Position numbers and translations under genes: made by a program | In this document: piece by piece, positions 63,437-64,000 of the stretch | Numbering within the stretch: the first letter of the stretch is position 1 | Layout: every line of letters starts with the position of its first letter | Notes under the pieces: model-generated | The model's database searches: none | What the model saw: only the letters and a program-made list of their open reading frames with translations | What the model was told of the DNA's origin: nothing | IMG/VR virus record: IMGVR_UViG_3300045747_000527 | Coordinates: 1-64,000 of that record | Source: a virus | DNA length: 64,000 nucleotides | Strand: one strand, 5' to 3'

Positions 63437-64000
63437 TAGGGGATCGGCCCTCAATATCCGCTGGAGCAGCTGGTTCAAACCGCCGCTAGCCAAGACAACA
63501 AAGGCTCGCTTGATCCCAGGCGAATACGCTTGCCTAGACGGAGAAACCCACGACTTCTACCAGTACGTTGAGGTGTACTGCGCATCCGTGAAGAAGAGCT
63601 ACGTCAGCTCCGCGCAGTTCAAACTCAACCGAGGGATGCTGGAGAAGGTAGCTGGAGAAGACATCGGCTGGGATATCTTCAAGGAAGAGGTGGACAAAGG
63701 AGTCGAACGCGATCACCGCAGCGTGTCTGTGCGGCTGATGAACGTGTTCACCCTCATCCACTTGGTCAACTACCACCTCGTTCCAGTAGAGGACGAAAGT
63801 GGCAACCCCAAGACGTACACCCGTGGCCCCAAGACAGGGGAATTCATGATGTCCCGCGAACTGTGCGTAGGGGCTGGGTGCAGCTACTGCGAGCAGCAGG
63901 ACGAAATGGTCTTCGGCAAGCGCCTGCACTGGAGTCTGGGGCAAGGCCACCTGGAACAACTGGGTGGGTTTGCGCGCACCATTGCGAGCAACTGCGCTTC
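63354..64000 (+). CDS. 5' part of a hypothetical replication-module protein (runs off window; not in ORF track)
   Basis: ATG 63354 after GGAG; reading frame stays open to 64000 (MHYSSADRKSL...CVGAGCSYC...). Confidence 0.65.
   Translation, partial: MHYSSADRKSLSTQIGAFVSANKSGGLSRGSALNIRWSSWFKPPLAKTTKARLIPGEYACLDGETHDFYQYVEVYCASVKKSYVSSAQFKLNRGMLEKVAGEDIGWDIFKEEVDKGVERDHRSVSVRLMNVFTLIHLVNYHLVPVEDESGNPKTYTRGPKTGEFMMSRELCVGAGCSYCEQQDEMVFGKRLHWSLGQGHLEQLGGFARTIASNCA

Noticed and set aside
1-64000. tRNA/rRNA genes and a specific host assignment
   Set aside because: No cloverleaf or rRNA-like segment was seen in the intergenic gaps. The SspB style and high GC hint at a Myxococcota/deltaproteobacterial host, but this cannot be established without searches.

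Overview
This window is part of a large, GC-rich myovirus-type (contractile-tailed) phage genome. It has three blocks. (1) About 1-10.2 kb, + strand: many short early/accessory genes, preceded by the 3' end of a PurA/PurZ-like gene and including an AAA_33 kinase, an SspB-like adaptor, Zn-ribbon proteins and small membrane proteins. (2) About 10.3-54.5 kb, - strand: the virion module (tail tube, sheath, neck proteins, major capsid protein, scaffold-like proteins, prohead protease, large terminase, tail spike, portal). It also holds a 2059-aa single-chain beta-beta' fused RNA polymerase and is interrupted by small + strand islands. (3) About 54.7-64 kb, + strand: replication/repair genes (SF2 helicase with an HNH intein, family-4 UDG, DUF932-like, DnaB-like helicase, DnaG-like primase). 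Two features stand out. The first is an apparently self-contained transcription system: the fused RNAP, 11 intergenic + strand GGTATAAG promoter-like motifs, hairpin terminators with a shared TAGCC(C) tail, a separate candidate late motif, and a ~130-nt structured ncRNA candidate beside terL. The second is a candidate head-targeting/maturation code: an N-terminal F-x-D-E-L-x-K-I motif in six unrelated proteins and pervasive K-x-A/S motifs in head-module proteins. All functional calls come from motif recognition by eye, with no database searches. I saw no tRNA, rRNA or CRISPR array.
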